A stretch of DNA of 64,000 bases. Source: Octopus sinensis. Taxonomy: Eukaryota. The DNA is taken from positions 191,518,001-191,582,000 of the forward strand of contig NC_042998.1 in NCBI RefSeq assembly GCF_006345805.1, read 5' to 3'. The translations under genes were made by a program, and so were the position numbers. This document shows, piece by piece, positions 1 to 12,350 of this stretch. The notes beneath the pieces are model-generated. The model saw only the letters and a program-made list of their open reading frames with translations, was not told where the DNA came from and did not search any database. Within the stretch, counting starts at the first letter, position 1. The number at the start of each line of letters is the position of its first letter.

Positions 1-463
1 AAACACACGCACTATATATTTGGTGTTATTTTGCTTCAGTGATATTTATTTTTTACATTAATCTTAATCTTATTTCGGCCAAAGTTCTTCCGTCACACTC
101 CTGTGACCGCATCAGTGGTCCTTTGTTTTCTTCTCACTTACTTGTGTCTCTCCTTACTAACCGTCAGCCATTTTGTATTTCTATTGTATGTCTTCATCTG
201 CGCATGCTTATATCTCTATGTGCGTCTATGTTTTTTTAGTGTGTGTGTGGGGGGATGCCTGTAATATTTGTATCTTCTGGTTATATACATTCTTGTAATT
301 TGTATTTTGTTTTGTTGTTGTTGCTTTTGTTCTAAATTTGTTCATGTGTTACATCCACCCATTATTATCATTACATATGATTGTATGTATGTATAACAAC
401 AATATTAGTAATAATAATAATAAATCTAATTGAAAAAAAAAATTAAAAAATTAAATAAAAAAA

Positions 464-506
<43 letters not shown>

Positions 507-518
507 ATATATATATAC

Positions 519-549
<31 letters not shown>

Positions 550-1497
550 CACATATACCACACATATACACACACACATACACATATACATATATATAGT
601 TATTCATTCTATTTCTTTAATTATCTGTGTATTTATTATGTTTGCAGGATCCACTATCGTCATATGTTGTGGTGTGCGCTATTGCTCCATTCTAGTTTTC
701 TATTCAGGCTAGGTTTATTTTCTATTATATGTGTAGCTTCTGTAATTTGTCTAATTGTTGCATCTGTTCTATGTGTGGACAATATCTTAATCTCTATGTT
801 ATTGATTGATCCCCCGTGTTCTTGTTCAGCGTGTTGGTACAGAATCGATGAACTTTTACCTTCCTTGAGTTGTCTCCAATGTTCATTCACCCGCTCACCA
901 ATGCTTCTTGCTGTTTCCCCTACGTATGTTACTGTCTTGTTACTGCATCGTCCCTCTATACATCTTATACTATAGACCACATTTCTGGCTTTACAGTTTG
1001 TTTGTGGGCTAAATCTACATACAGGGCAATAGTTATCCGTACAGAGAGTTCTACTAAAAGGATAGCTTCTACCAATTATAGATCTGATAGGGTTGCCTGG
1101 CTTTTCAACAACCTTAATTCTTAGTTTAAGTTTATCTAGGGTCCTTCTAAAGCGGTACGCCAGTTCACCTCCAGGGGTGGTGTCAACGAACATGACACTC
1201 TGGTATTTATGGCTATCATACCAAGAGTTGGCCTTCCCTATTTTTTTTTTGTCCTTTCTATAGTGTTCCATGACTTGTTCCTATAGAGTGGGCAAATCCC
1301 ATTCCTATCATTACATAATATATTATCAAATTTCTTCATGGCTCCTTTCTATACTCTGACCCTTTCTTTATGGCTGTAACCTGAGAACTGCATGCGGTGA
1401 ATGAAATACTGTATGTGTCTCTTTAATTCTGTAGGCTCGCACATGCGTGACACATTTCTCATTATTCTGAAGAGGTCTGCCATCAAAATAGTGAATA
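1..1497 (-). mobile_element. Inverted duplicate of the PLE 3' part (thumb, GIY-YIG, 3' UTR); arm of a long inverted repeat with 2159-3657
   Basis: 1-1497 is the reverse complement of about 2159-3657 with a few substitutions and 1-nt indels. ORF 660-1271(-) matches ORF 2169-2996(+) except for R/K and P/T changes and an upstream frameshift. Confidence 0.95.
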
Positions 1498-1503
1498 CTT
1501 AGA

Positions 1504-2168
1504 TAAACATAATCTTAGTAGTTTCTGCCCCAGTAGATGTTTAAGAGGTAGACCGCCTACAATTACTTCTATGGCTAGGAAGACACATATAGAAAGATGG
1601 CGCGGATGGACCAGAGCCATACGGAGCCCCGCAAATGTCCATCAGGTAAAGAAAATGATCGCACATGCACTAGGAGCTAGTATAGGTTACCCTAAAAGGC
1701 CACAACATTTAAATTAATAATAAAATATATGCCCAGGACGAGGGGGCAGCCATCGGTGTTAGTATCGCTGGTGATGTGGCCAACCTCTTCATGGTATGGT
1801 GGGACAGAAGGCTTAAAGAATGCCTACTGCAGAAATCCATACTTGTAAACATGTACTCTCGCTATGTTGATGATATCATATAGTAGTAAAGGCACCCCCA
1901 CAAGAGAGTAATGTTGATATAGTAATAGAAACTAATACTATGGAGAGCATCCAGCAAATAGCTAACTCCATCCACCAGAGTATTAAGGTCACAATAGACT
2001 ACCCCACTAAACACCCCAACCATAGACTACCAGTACTAGACACTGAACTCTGGCTAGAAATTGTGAAAAATAAAACCAAATCCTTCATTCATACTATGCA
2101 AAACCTATGGCCTCAAATACCTGATCCACCGGAACTCAGCCATTGCGGGCAATGCCAAATTCAATATT
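1504..2168 (+). pseudogene. Frameshifted PLE reverse transcriptase core (motifs B', C, D/E)
   Basis: The motifs are collinear but need about four frameshifts (near 1684, 1880, 2070, 2115) and pass one stop near 1710. Confidence 0.8.
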
Positions 2169-2996
2169 TTGATGGCAGACCTCGTCAGAATAATGAGAAA
2201 TGTGTCACGCATGTGCGAGCCTACAGAATTAAAGAGACACATACAGTATTTCATTCACCGCATGCAGTTCTCAGGTTACAGCCATAAAGAAAGGGTCAGA
2301 GTATACAAAGGAGCCATGAAGAAATTTGATAATATATTATGTAATGATAGGAATGGGATTTGCCCACTCTATAGGAACAAGTCATGGAACACTATAGAAA
2401 GGACAAAAAAGAAAATAGGGAAGGCCAACTCTTGGTATGATAGCCATAAATACCAGAGTGTCATGTTCGTTGACACCACCCCTGGAGGTGAACTGGCGTA
2501 CCGCTTTAGAAGGACGCTAGATAAACTTAAACTAAGAATTAAGGTTGTTGAAAAGCCAGGCAACCCTATCAGATCTATAATTGGTAGAAGCTATCCTTTT
2601 AGTAGAACTCTCTGTACGGATAACTATTGCCCTGTATGTAGATTTAGCCCACAAACAAACTGTAAAGCCAGAAATGTGGTCTATAGTATAAGATGTATAG
2701 AGGGACGATGCAGTAACAAGACAGTAACATACGTAGGGGAAACAGCAAGAAGCATTGGTGAGCGGGTGAATGAACATTGGAGACAACTCAAGGAAGGTAG
2801 AAGCTCATCGATTCTGTACCAACACGCTGAACAAGAACACGGGGGATCAATCAATAACATAGAGATTAAGATATTGTCCACACATAGAACAGATGCAACA
2901 ATTAGACAAATTACAGAAGCTCCACATATAATAGAAAATAAACCTAGCCTGAATAGAAAACTAGAATGGAGCAATAGCGCACACCACAACATATGA
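2169..2996 (+). CDS. PLE polyprotein C-terminal part: RT thumb, Cys-rich linker, GIY-YIG endonuclease (275 aa open; not a natural start)
   Basis: Provided ORF contains NVVYSIRC, YVGETARSIGERVNEH, RQITEA and LNRK, the standard GIY-YIG motif order of PLEs. Confidence 0.85.
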   Translation: MMADLVRIMRNVSRMCEPTELKRHIQYFIHRMQFSGYSHKERVRVYKGAMKKFDNILCNDRNGICPLYRNKSWNTIERTKKKIGKANSWYDSHKYQSVMFVDTTPGGELAYRFRRTLDKLKLRIKVVEKPGNPIRSIIGRSYPFSRTLCTDNYCPVCRFSPQTNCKARNVVYSIRCIEGRCSNKTVTYVGETARSIGERVNEHWRQLKEGRSSSILYQHAEQEHGGSINNIEIKILSTHRTDATIRQITEAPHIIENKPSLNRKLEWSNSAHHNI

Positions 2997-3145
2997 CGAT
3001 AGTGGATCCTGCAAACATAATAAATACACAGATAATTAAAGAAATAGAAATGAATAACTATATATGTATAGTGTATGTGTGTGTGTATATGTGTGTGTAT
3101 ATGTGTATATATATGTATGTATATATATATAGATATATATGTATA

Positions 3146-3199
<54 letters not shown>

Positions 3200-3536
3200 A
3201 ATTTTTTTTATTTATTTTTTTCAATTAGATTTATTATTATTATTACTAATATTGTTGTTGTTATACATACATACAATCATATGTAATGATAATAATGGGT
3301 GGATGTAAACACATGAACAAAATTAGAACAAAAGCAACAACAACAAAACAAAATACAGATTACAAGAATGTATATAACCAGAAGATACAAATATTACAGG
3401 CATCCCCCCACACACACAACTAAATAAACATAGACGCACATAGAGATATAAGCATGCGCAGATGAAGACATACAATAGAATACAAAATGGCTGACGGTTA
3501 GTAAGGAGAGACACAAGTAAGTGAGAAGAAAACGAA

Positions 3537-3581
3537 GGACCACTGATGCGGTCACAGGAGTGTGACGAAAGAACTTTGGCC
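3537..3581 (+). ncRNA. Candidate minimal type I hammerhead ribozyme in the PLE 3' UTR (core variant)
   Basis: CCA-CTGATGC-G-GTCACA(GGAG)TGTGAC-GAAA-G(AA)C-T-T-TGG: 6-bp stem II, stem I CCA/TGG, minimal stem III. Deviates from consensus at A9 (C here). PLE terminal repeats are known to carry minimal hammerheads. Confidence 0.45.
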
Positions 3582-3644
3582 GAAATAAGATTAAGATTAA
3601 TGTAAAAAATAAATATCACTGAAGCAAAATAACACCAAATATAT

Positions 3645-3745
3645 AGTGCGTGTGTTTTTATTGGCTAAACTGGCAATATGACCATTCCGAAATATAACAA
3701 TATCTGTTTCAACACACGACTTCACATAAAAAATCTTGCACAACA
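3645..3745 (+). repeat. Older dispersed repeat flanking the PLE 3' end; second diverged copy at 5267-5357
   Basis: Both copies share agtgcgtgtgttt..ttattgg and at(c/t)tgttt(c/g)aacacacga(c/a)ttcac. Confidence 0.55.
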
Positions 3746-3756
3746 AATATTTAAAC

Positions 3757-3802
<46 letters not shown>

Positions 3803-3879
3803 GTCTCATATATATATATACAGAGAGACAGAGAGAGAAATAGAGATTGACAGTGTATATTTGTGTGAAATGCCATGAT

Positions 3880-4050
3880 ATATCACACGGATGCTCCGAG
3901 ATACTGCGGGGTGCGTGCAACGCTTTTGCTTGGACCATACAGGCAAATTACGAAAAGATCAACTCCGGCGACTCAGATGGGCGGGAGGCTGTGATGTTGA
4001 AGGCCCCCAAAACATATTAAAAAGCACGAACATGACAGGCATCTTATAGT
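3880..4050 (+). mobile_element. RTE-clade LINE C-terminal relic
   Basis: One frame reads ITRMLR....LRKDQLRRLRWAGGC, resembling the TRMLR...RLRWAGH region of RTE ORF2. Confidence 0.45.
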
Positions 4051-4332
4051 ATCCGTGTATCTTCGTATATCTTCGTGTATCTTGAAATACACACATACAC
4101 ACGCACTGCGCATGCGCGCGCACACACGCATCACGCAGGCGCACACACTCACACACACCACACATTCACACATACATGCGCGCACACACACATATAGGTA
4201 TATGTATGAATAGCTGAAATTTACAGAAAACAAAAGACGGAGACGTGTATATATATATATATATATATATGTTGTGTGTTTGTGTGCATGTATGAATACA
4301 GTTGCATATAGGTAGCTAAGTAGCTATGTACA

Positions 4333-4478
<146 letters not shown>

Positions 4479-4721
4479 TTATTTAGATTGTGTATAACGA
4501 GATCTGTAACAGTTATTCATATATATATTCTTAAAAACGTCTTCTCAGTTTTAGATACAAAATATCTAATACGTCGACAGTGTGTTCGACACGCTGAACT
4601 CTATGGCTCACGCCATACTGGAACACTGGTGTTCCGATATGTTATATCTCGTCAGCCAGATGCAACTGTGACTCCGTATCTATTATGTGTGCGTGTGTAT
4701 GTGTGTGTGTGTGTGCGTGTG

Positions 4722-4763
<42 letters not shown>

Positions 4764-5427
4764 ACATGCACATGAACACGAGCGCACATGAGCGCAGACA
4801 AAATACACTCGCACACACATACGCAGGAACATATACACACACAAAACGCATACACGGAAGCATACTCCCAGACGCTTACCTGTCCAAAAGACCGTCACAC
4901 TGCACGCACATGAAGATACTTATACGCACACACATATACGAGAGTACAGTTACATAAGGAAACACACAAATTCATGCATACACACACGAACGCACACACA
5001 ATCTACGTTTACTCACACTCTTACTTCCACTTCCAAACAAATACACATCTATATACACACTTAGAAGCAATACCTACACACTGCCATAAGACCAATTTAT
5101 AGGCAGCAGAGAGAGGGCAAGTCACCGAGAAAGTCGCGAATAGCCAAGAAAAAATGTATCTAAAACAACGACTGAAAGATTGTTTAACAAGTAGACTAAG
5201 CAAACAATCGATTACCTGGTCAGATTTTTAACCAGTTGAATAACCATAAAGAAGTGTTTTTGAACCAGTGCGTGTGTTTATTATTATTGGTGTAACGACT
5301 GTCCCATGACATAAGATTTGTTTGAACACACGAATTCACCTCAAGGATCTCACAAACCTGATACAACAGCCAAGTGGGCGCGCACATACATATACGCACA
5401 CATATAATATATATAATATAGATATAT

Positions 5428-5463
<36 letters not shown>

Positions 5464-5938
5464 ATACAGTTCAATTTGAAAACTCCACCAGAATGGATGA
5501 AAGCGCTAATATATGATATATGATATAAGTTATATGATGTATAAAACATGTAATATACAAATAAATATCTTTAAATATAAAGCCATCTGGAATTTCTGAG
5601 TACCTCATTTCTTCTAATATAAAATACCTGTACATCATCTCCAAACCTTCTAATATATATATATACTCAGAAATTATATATATTACATATATATATATGT
5701 GTGGAAAAATTTCAAGATCAAAAATGCTAAAATTATTTTTTAAACAACATTTCTGTATCGGTTTCAGTCATTGAGTCTTTTTCAACTTTAAGTATGGAGA
5801 ACAATTAAATTTAGAAACATTAAAAAAGATTTTTCAAGAGAATATTTATATAGAGTTCAAATGCAAGTGGCATTTTCCTTGTTCTGTCTGCCTGTCTCTG
5901 TCTCTATTGTTTACTCTTGTGGGTTCGAGGTCATTGTG

Positions 5939-5984
<46 letters not shown>

Positions 5985-6873
5985 CCTTACATTAGATATA
6001 TAACACTAAATGCAACATCATTATCATTGGTGTTCCTAGTACTTAAGATGTTTCTTGTGTGTGCATGTGTATGGTGTGGTATATGTGTGCATATGTGTAT
6101 GTATGTTGAGTCATAGCGTCATCAACAACACCATCCCCATGTTGACTTTGAACAGCTTTATATTACACAATAGTTTGAAAGCTGCCAAGTAAAATTCAGT
6201 GCTAATACTTTTACTGTTTTGCTGTTTTGACTGTCTTCCATACCTTTTGAGCTATTACTATCAAAAGAGTATCTATTGAAGTCAATGTAGCATCATAAGT
6301 GGCCTACCCTACAATCATTCTCCAAACATCAGCCATTAACATTTTATATATAGAATTGAGTATACAATTTAAAGGCATTTAGAGGATGTCATTCGGTAAG
6401 ATTTATGCATATTGACGGTGCTGAATTATTTAGCAAGGTAAAGAGGGAGAGGAAGGGTGAGAGGGAGAGAGAGAGTTAGTATACAGAGACAAAAATAAGA
6501 GAGAAAGGAAGACGAAAGCTGAAAAGAGACAAGATGAGCGAGAGGGATAGAGTATGAGAAACACTAGAAATAATCTAGAATAAGTATGATTGATGCTTAA
6601 TGAGAAATGGAATCTATGGAAATCATCACATATTTGCATACATCAATGCAAATGTACTTGAAAGCATCAGCTTGTACATGGCAAATTTTGCCTCTAATAC
6701 GTTTCGTTCATAATATTTGAAGGCATGTAAGGCATGAATACGAGGGCGCAAACGGGAACAAACACACACAAGCGTGCGCCCGCACACACATGCATGGACA
6801 CTCACACACAAAAACACACATACACATACATATATTTATTTATAGATTCTTCCATCCACGAGTGAGTGGACGG

Positions 6874-6967
<94 letters not shown>

Positions 6968-7762
6968 TATATGAGAAATATATACATATATATATATATA
7001 TAAGCATATACTTACAAACATAAACACATATACACTTGTATATATATTACATATATATATATGTATGTATATGTATGTATGTATGCATGTAAGTATGTAT
7101 GTATGTCTGTTAGTGTGTGTGCGCATATATATATATACAAGTGTATATGTTTTATGTTTGTAAGTATATGCATATATATAAATGTATATATATTCATATA
7201 CATACAAACATAAAACAAATACATATGTGTTATATATATATACATATATATATATATATACATATACACATATATATGTATATATTCATGCACACATATA
7301 TATCTACATTTATAAAAAATATGTAATACACATACACATGCACACATACGTACACACATATCTTAGAAAGAGAAAGAAAGGGAGAGAGAGAGAAATAGGG
7401 ACGGAGAGAGAGAGAGAGAGACAGACAGACAAACCAACGTACACGTAAACAGAGTAATAAAGGTACAAATATAGAGAGCGTTGCAAGAGATGCGTAGAGA
7501 GGAAAAGAAAAAAACTCGAGATGTAATATATGAAGGGAAATTCAGAGAAATAGGGAAATATACACAAACTAATCATTAAAGAGGGTTCCATTCCTGACAT
7601 ATTGTTTGATATTCGATCATAAAAGCCTCGTCATGCATGCATTTGAACATATTTAATTTTAATATAAATGCATGCATCGTAGAGTTAGGTTGTAAGGATT
7701 TCAACATGAAGTTATATGCAAGTGTGAATGTTTCAGAATTGATGTATGAAGGTAGCTACGTC

Positions 7763-7818
<56 letters not shown>

Positions 7819-7897
7819 AATATATTATATATATATATTAATATACATATATATTTATACATATATAATACATATATATATATACATATATATATAT

Positions 7898-8006
7898 AGA
7901 GAGATTTTAATGCATGCGTTTATGTATATGAACGTAAATTTTGAAAGGCATTCAACTGGTCATATGTATGTGTGTATCTATCTGTCTAACTGTTTATATC
8001 TATCTA

Positions 8007-8051
<45 letters not shown>

Positions 8052-8313
8052 TATATATATATTATATATATATATAATATATAATTACATATATATATAT
8101 ATTATATACATATAATATATATATTACATATATATATATTATATACATACATATTAAGAGAGATTTTAATGCATGCGTTTAAGTATATGAACGTATATTT
8201 TGAAAGGCATTCAACTGGTCATATGTATGGTGTGTATCTATCTATCTATCTGTCTATATATACATATATAATGATATATAATAATATTATATATTATATA
8301 TATATATATATAT

Positions 8314-8344
<31 letters not shown>

Positions 8345-8480
8345 CATATATAGACAGATAGATAGATATAGTTAGATAGATAAATAGATAGTTAGACAGA
8401 TAATGCACATATACATATGACCAGTTGAATGCCTTTCAAAACTTACGTTCATATACTTAAACGCATGCATTAAAATCTCT
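7898..8480. repeat. About 75-bp unit in two direct copies (7898-7975, 8157-8235) and one inverted copy (8411-8480), separated by TA-rich tracts
   Basis: Unit gagattttaatgcatgcgttt..gaacgta..ttttgaaaggcattcaactggtcatatgtat is seen three times. Confidence 0.9.
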
Positions 8481-8654
8481 TTCTCTTTGACGCATTCGAT
8501 CAGTATGTATAATGTATGCTCGCACATACACATCAATGTCCGTTTAAGTTAGCTATTTATTCAGTATTTTGTATTTTACATCTGTATTTATGTCTTCATT
8601 TCATTGCAATTGCGTTTCTTCCACATTTACACACGCACTCCCCCCACACGAGCA

Positions 8655-8699
<45 letters not shown>

Positions 8700-8782
8700 T
8701 TGCTCGATTAAAGGCGGTTGCTCCAGCATGGCCACAGTCAAATGACTGAAACGAATAAAAGAAAGTAAAAGAAAAAGATAGC

Positions 8783-9046
8783 CAGTAATCCCTCGATTAT
8801 CGAGGATATTACGTTCCAAAATCTCCCACAGAAATAATTAAAATGTAAAAACTATTAATCCTCACCTCCCGCAGAGACCTGGTTATACTGAGGAGTCTGC
8901 GATATAAATTTACATATATTTGCCAGGAAAATCCGTGATGTACTGAGTGCGCGACAGGTGAACCGCGACGCGGTGAGTGCGTGACAGGTGAACCGCGATG
9001 CGCTAAGTGCACGACAGTTGAACCGTGATATGGCGAAGGATTACTG
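8783..9046. mobile_element. MITE with CAGTAATCC(C/T)TCG termini (Tigger/pogo-like) and an internal 3x30-bp tandem repeat
   Basis: Left end cagtaatccctcg, right end cgaaggattactg. Unit tgagtgcgcgacaggtgaaccgcgacgcgg at 8944-9033. Flanking TA TSD is not preserved. Confidence 0.65.
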
Positions 9047-9298
9047 AATATATATATATATATATATATTCTTCTTTCCCTAATTTTTTAATGTGTTTTC
9101 GCGTATACAACAACCCATTTGATAACCGTGAGCTATAAAATTAACTTATTCAGCTTATCGTACTTAGATATAGGAAACATTCACCACCTTCTGCGTCAAT
9201 AAAACACTGTAGTTCCTGAATACTGTTTTCCATATCTTCAACGGATTACTTGAATCTCATTAACATCCTACATCTTGTTCTTTGGATCTTACCTATGC

Positions 9299-9633
9299 AG
9301 GTGCAGGCCTGGCTGTGTGGTATGAAGCTTGCTTCCTAATCACATGGTTCAGTCCCACCGTGTGGCACCTTAGGCAGGTGTCTCCTATTACACCCTCAGG
9401 CCGACCAAAGTCACGTGAGTGGATATGGTATTCTGAAACTATATATATGTGTATGTGCGTATATATGTGTGTGCGCATATATGTGTGTGTGTGTTTGTGT
9501 TGTTCCCCCACCACCGCTTGACAACGCGGTATGTTTACGTCTCCGAAACTTAGCGGTTCGGCATAAAAGACCCAAAGAATAAGTACTAGGCTTACAAATA
9601 ATAAGCCCTGGGATCGATTTCTCTGACTAAAAG
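9299..9633 (+). mobile_element. SINE family A (tRNA-derived, internal microsatellite), diverged and lacking tail; a separate tail fragment lies at 8699-8770
   Basis: Head tggctgtgtggta..ggttcagtccca and body acttagcggttcggc..gaataagtactaggcttaca match the other family A copies in the window. Confidence 0.85.
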
Positions 9634-9639
9634 CATCGT

Positions 9640-11035
9640 AGTGGGTGTAAATGTGTTCTGTAATTCAACAGGGTATTGAACAAGCTGACATTGATCGCCT
9701 GTTGTCAATTGATCGAAAAGTAATTTCTGATGTATCTGGTAACTTTTGAAGAGGCTCATGATAGATTTTTTCAAACAGTTCATTAGTTGGAACTAGTATA
9801 GCTCTTTCACATAACCAGTTTATATCATTGCAATTGACAGATAAATTTGGAAGTACTTTCTCCATAAGATCCCTAAGAAAAAGTATCATTTGATAGCATG
9901 TAATTTCATGTTTCTGAAGTCTTAAGTTGAATGTTAATATCCCATTAACACCTTAAGAAGTTCGTATGATCAGCCTGTAGAAGTACTCTGGTGTTGTTGT
10001 TTGTAAGATGAAGTTTTTTTCATGTCTCCAAAGGTAAGAATTGTTTTAGCATGCATTGACTTCATAAGATTTTGATCCATTGGAGATAACTGGAAATATT
10101 TGGCGAAAATCTCATGCAAGAAGGACTTTTACAACTCCCATGAGCGTGCTATTGTTTTTTATGTCTTGAAGGATACGGTCATGTACCTCTGGTGCTCCAC
10201 GATGTGACAGTACACTCATCCCAAACAACGAGGCAAGTTTGTTGGAGAACTGTTGCCATTGCAGAGTTTTGGGAAATGTTGCACATTTCAGATCCTTTCA
10301 TTGTAAAATTAGAAGGAGCGTGAACATGGAATGAGCAGTCCTTCGCCCATCGAGGAGTGTAGCTGCAATACTAGAAGTTGCAACACTGGAAAAAGGTTAG
10401 ATTTTATTTCCTCTCATTTAGGATTTCAGGTGAAAGTGATAAAATGATCTGGTGTTCCATATGTCCTGACATATTCCATAGCATCTTTTGTTCGTTCGTG
10501 CATACATCGAGGGCCACCTGTGTATGATGTATGATGATAGGAGGATTATAAGTTGCCCTATGTTTTGAATATCACCATCTCTCCGCAGAGCATCTTGGCG
10601 ATGAATATAATTTTAGCCCTTAACTTTTTCTGTTATGTATGAATGTACAGGAGACGCTAAATCTCAGCTTTAGCATTCATATCAACCAGGTATTGCTGGA
10701 ATAGATCACGATACATATGTAACTGATTTGATTGCTCTGGTCTTAACATCAGTTGGTAGGAACAGAAGTCATTTGATGAAACATTTTTGTTTATAATTGG
10801 CTTTCTTGTTGCAGGTTCAATCTGTGGAATATTGAAATGATACCCGTCTTGTCCATTCCACAATATAAGAGGTTACTGGTACTGGAGGGCCTCATAAGTG
10901 GGATGTGTCTCTGAAACACGCTTAAGGTTTTTATCTCGAGCACCAATGAGGATATCACGATTTTCATGGGGATCACCATTAATAAAAATGATTACTTCAT
11001 TAGATGCGGGCTCATTAAAACGGCGTAAAGTATCC
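9640..11035 (-). mobile_element. Helitron Rep/PIF1-helicase relic with a large internal deletion
   Basis: Minus-strand Rep motifs: RRFNEP..RVSETHPTYEALQY..GQDGYHFNI..LFQQYLVDMNAK..YTGGP..FITF..NPK. Helicase motifs follow: SSIAATLLDGRRTAHSMF, LVVWDEC, DFRQIFPV, NWLCERAILVPTN. Confidence 0.9.
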
Positions 11036-12137
11036 GTTACTATAGTTCACTATAGACGTAACGGAAGCAGAAACACACACAGACATACACACTCATCTCA
11101 TACACATATGTATATGTATGTGTAGATGTGTGAATGTTTAATTGCAATAAGTTTCTCGAACGTTCGGAATCGAAGTCAAGAAAAGTCACTTTGCTTTGAA
11201 ATATCTAAAAAGTAAGCTTTGTTTCACGTCCTAGAACCATAATGTAAAGAATTTTCAGTGCGGTGCCTAATTAATCAGTTCTTCTCAATAGATGCAAATT
11301 CATATATATATATATTAGCGCGACTCTCATCCTCTTGTTCGCTCACTCGCGTGTGTTTACACACACACAGAAACATACCCCCCTCCGCACACACACAAAC
11401 AAAAATCTCTCTTTTATCAGAAGAGAATGTGTACTAAGATAGATTACTTAAATTTTGTTTTGTAAACTATTTGTAAGTGATTCAAGTCATTACACTATTT
11501 ATACAATTGATATATATATAATATTTCCGATTAGCGCACTATGAATATACTTCCTGCTTCTATTCTCTGTATAGTAACCCTCCAGCATACGGCAATAGAA
11601 CATTTCAAAGTTTCCTAACACTGTTGATATTCGTAATGTAGGGAAAGAGAAATGAGAAACACTGTCAGAACCCAGTACTCCTTACATCCTTAAATCTTAC
11701 ATCAGCTATAGTTTGACATTTAATGATGGTCGGCTGTGCAAGCACCATCAAAAGAATTATGGAATATAGCACACGTCTCCCTAGGGACATTTAATGGGAA
11801 TATACATGGATATATCTCGAACATTCCGCATTCTATGTAATGCAACCAGACTGCTACAATCATTCACGTAATGTTACAAAGACTCCAACAGAACAGAGAT
11901 ACACCAGCTAAAGATTCCGCACAAACACCATACATATACGCGCACGTACATGCGCACACACAAACATACACACACATACGGACATACACACATACGCACA
12001 CATACAAACTGAATTACGAAGCAGATCCTTGGGGCCTCGGATATAAGTAGAGATGACACACAAAACAATTATGTGTGTCTGTGTGCATGTGTATACATAT
12101 ATGCATCTATATCTATATCATATATGTGTATGTATAT

Positions 12138-12188
<51 letters not shown>

Positions 12189-12276
12189 TATAATGTACAT
12201 ATATATACATCTTCATACGTATATAAATATGTATCTATGTACATTACATACATGCATACATACATACATACATACA

Positions 12277-12350
<74 letters not shown>

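Larger units (their letters stand above)
1498..3645 (+). mobile_element. Penelope-like retroelement (PLE), 5'-truncated, Naiad/Neptune-type (RT + GIY-YIG endonuclease)
   Basis: RT motifs read by hand: YAQDEGAAIGVSIAGDVANLFMVWWDRRL (~1728-1815) and YSRYVDDI (~1854-1877). These are followed by IANSIHQSIKVTIDYP..RLPVLDTELW, a thumb region, a Cys-rich linker (CTDNYCPVC..NC) and GIY-YIG VVYSIRC..RC..YVGETARSIGERVNEH..YQH..EH. The CPSR..RGRPPTIT insertion upstream and the WWD motif resemble Naiad-type PLEs (from memory). Confidence 0.9.

Noticed and set aside
2169-2996. Selenocysteine recoding, reported for some Naiad PLEs
   Set aside because: All conserved Cys positions use TGY codons and the ORF has no in-frame TGA.
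3844-4020. CpG-rich stretch with an open frame (YICVKCHDISHG..KAPKTY), considered as a host exon
   Set aside because: There is no pyrimidine tract upstream, and another frame matches an RTE LINE C-terminus.
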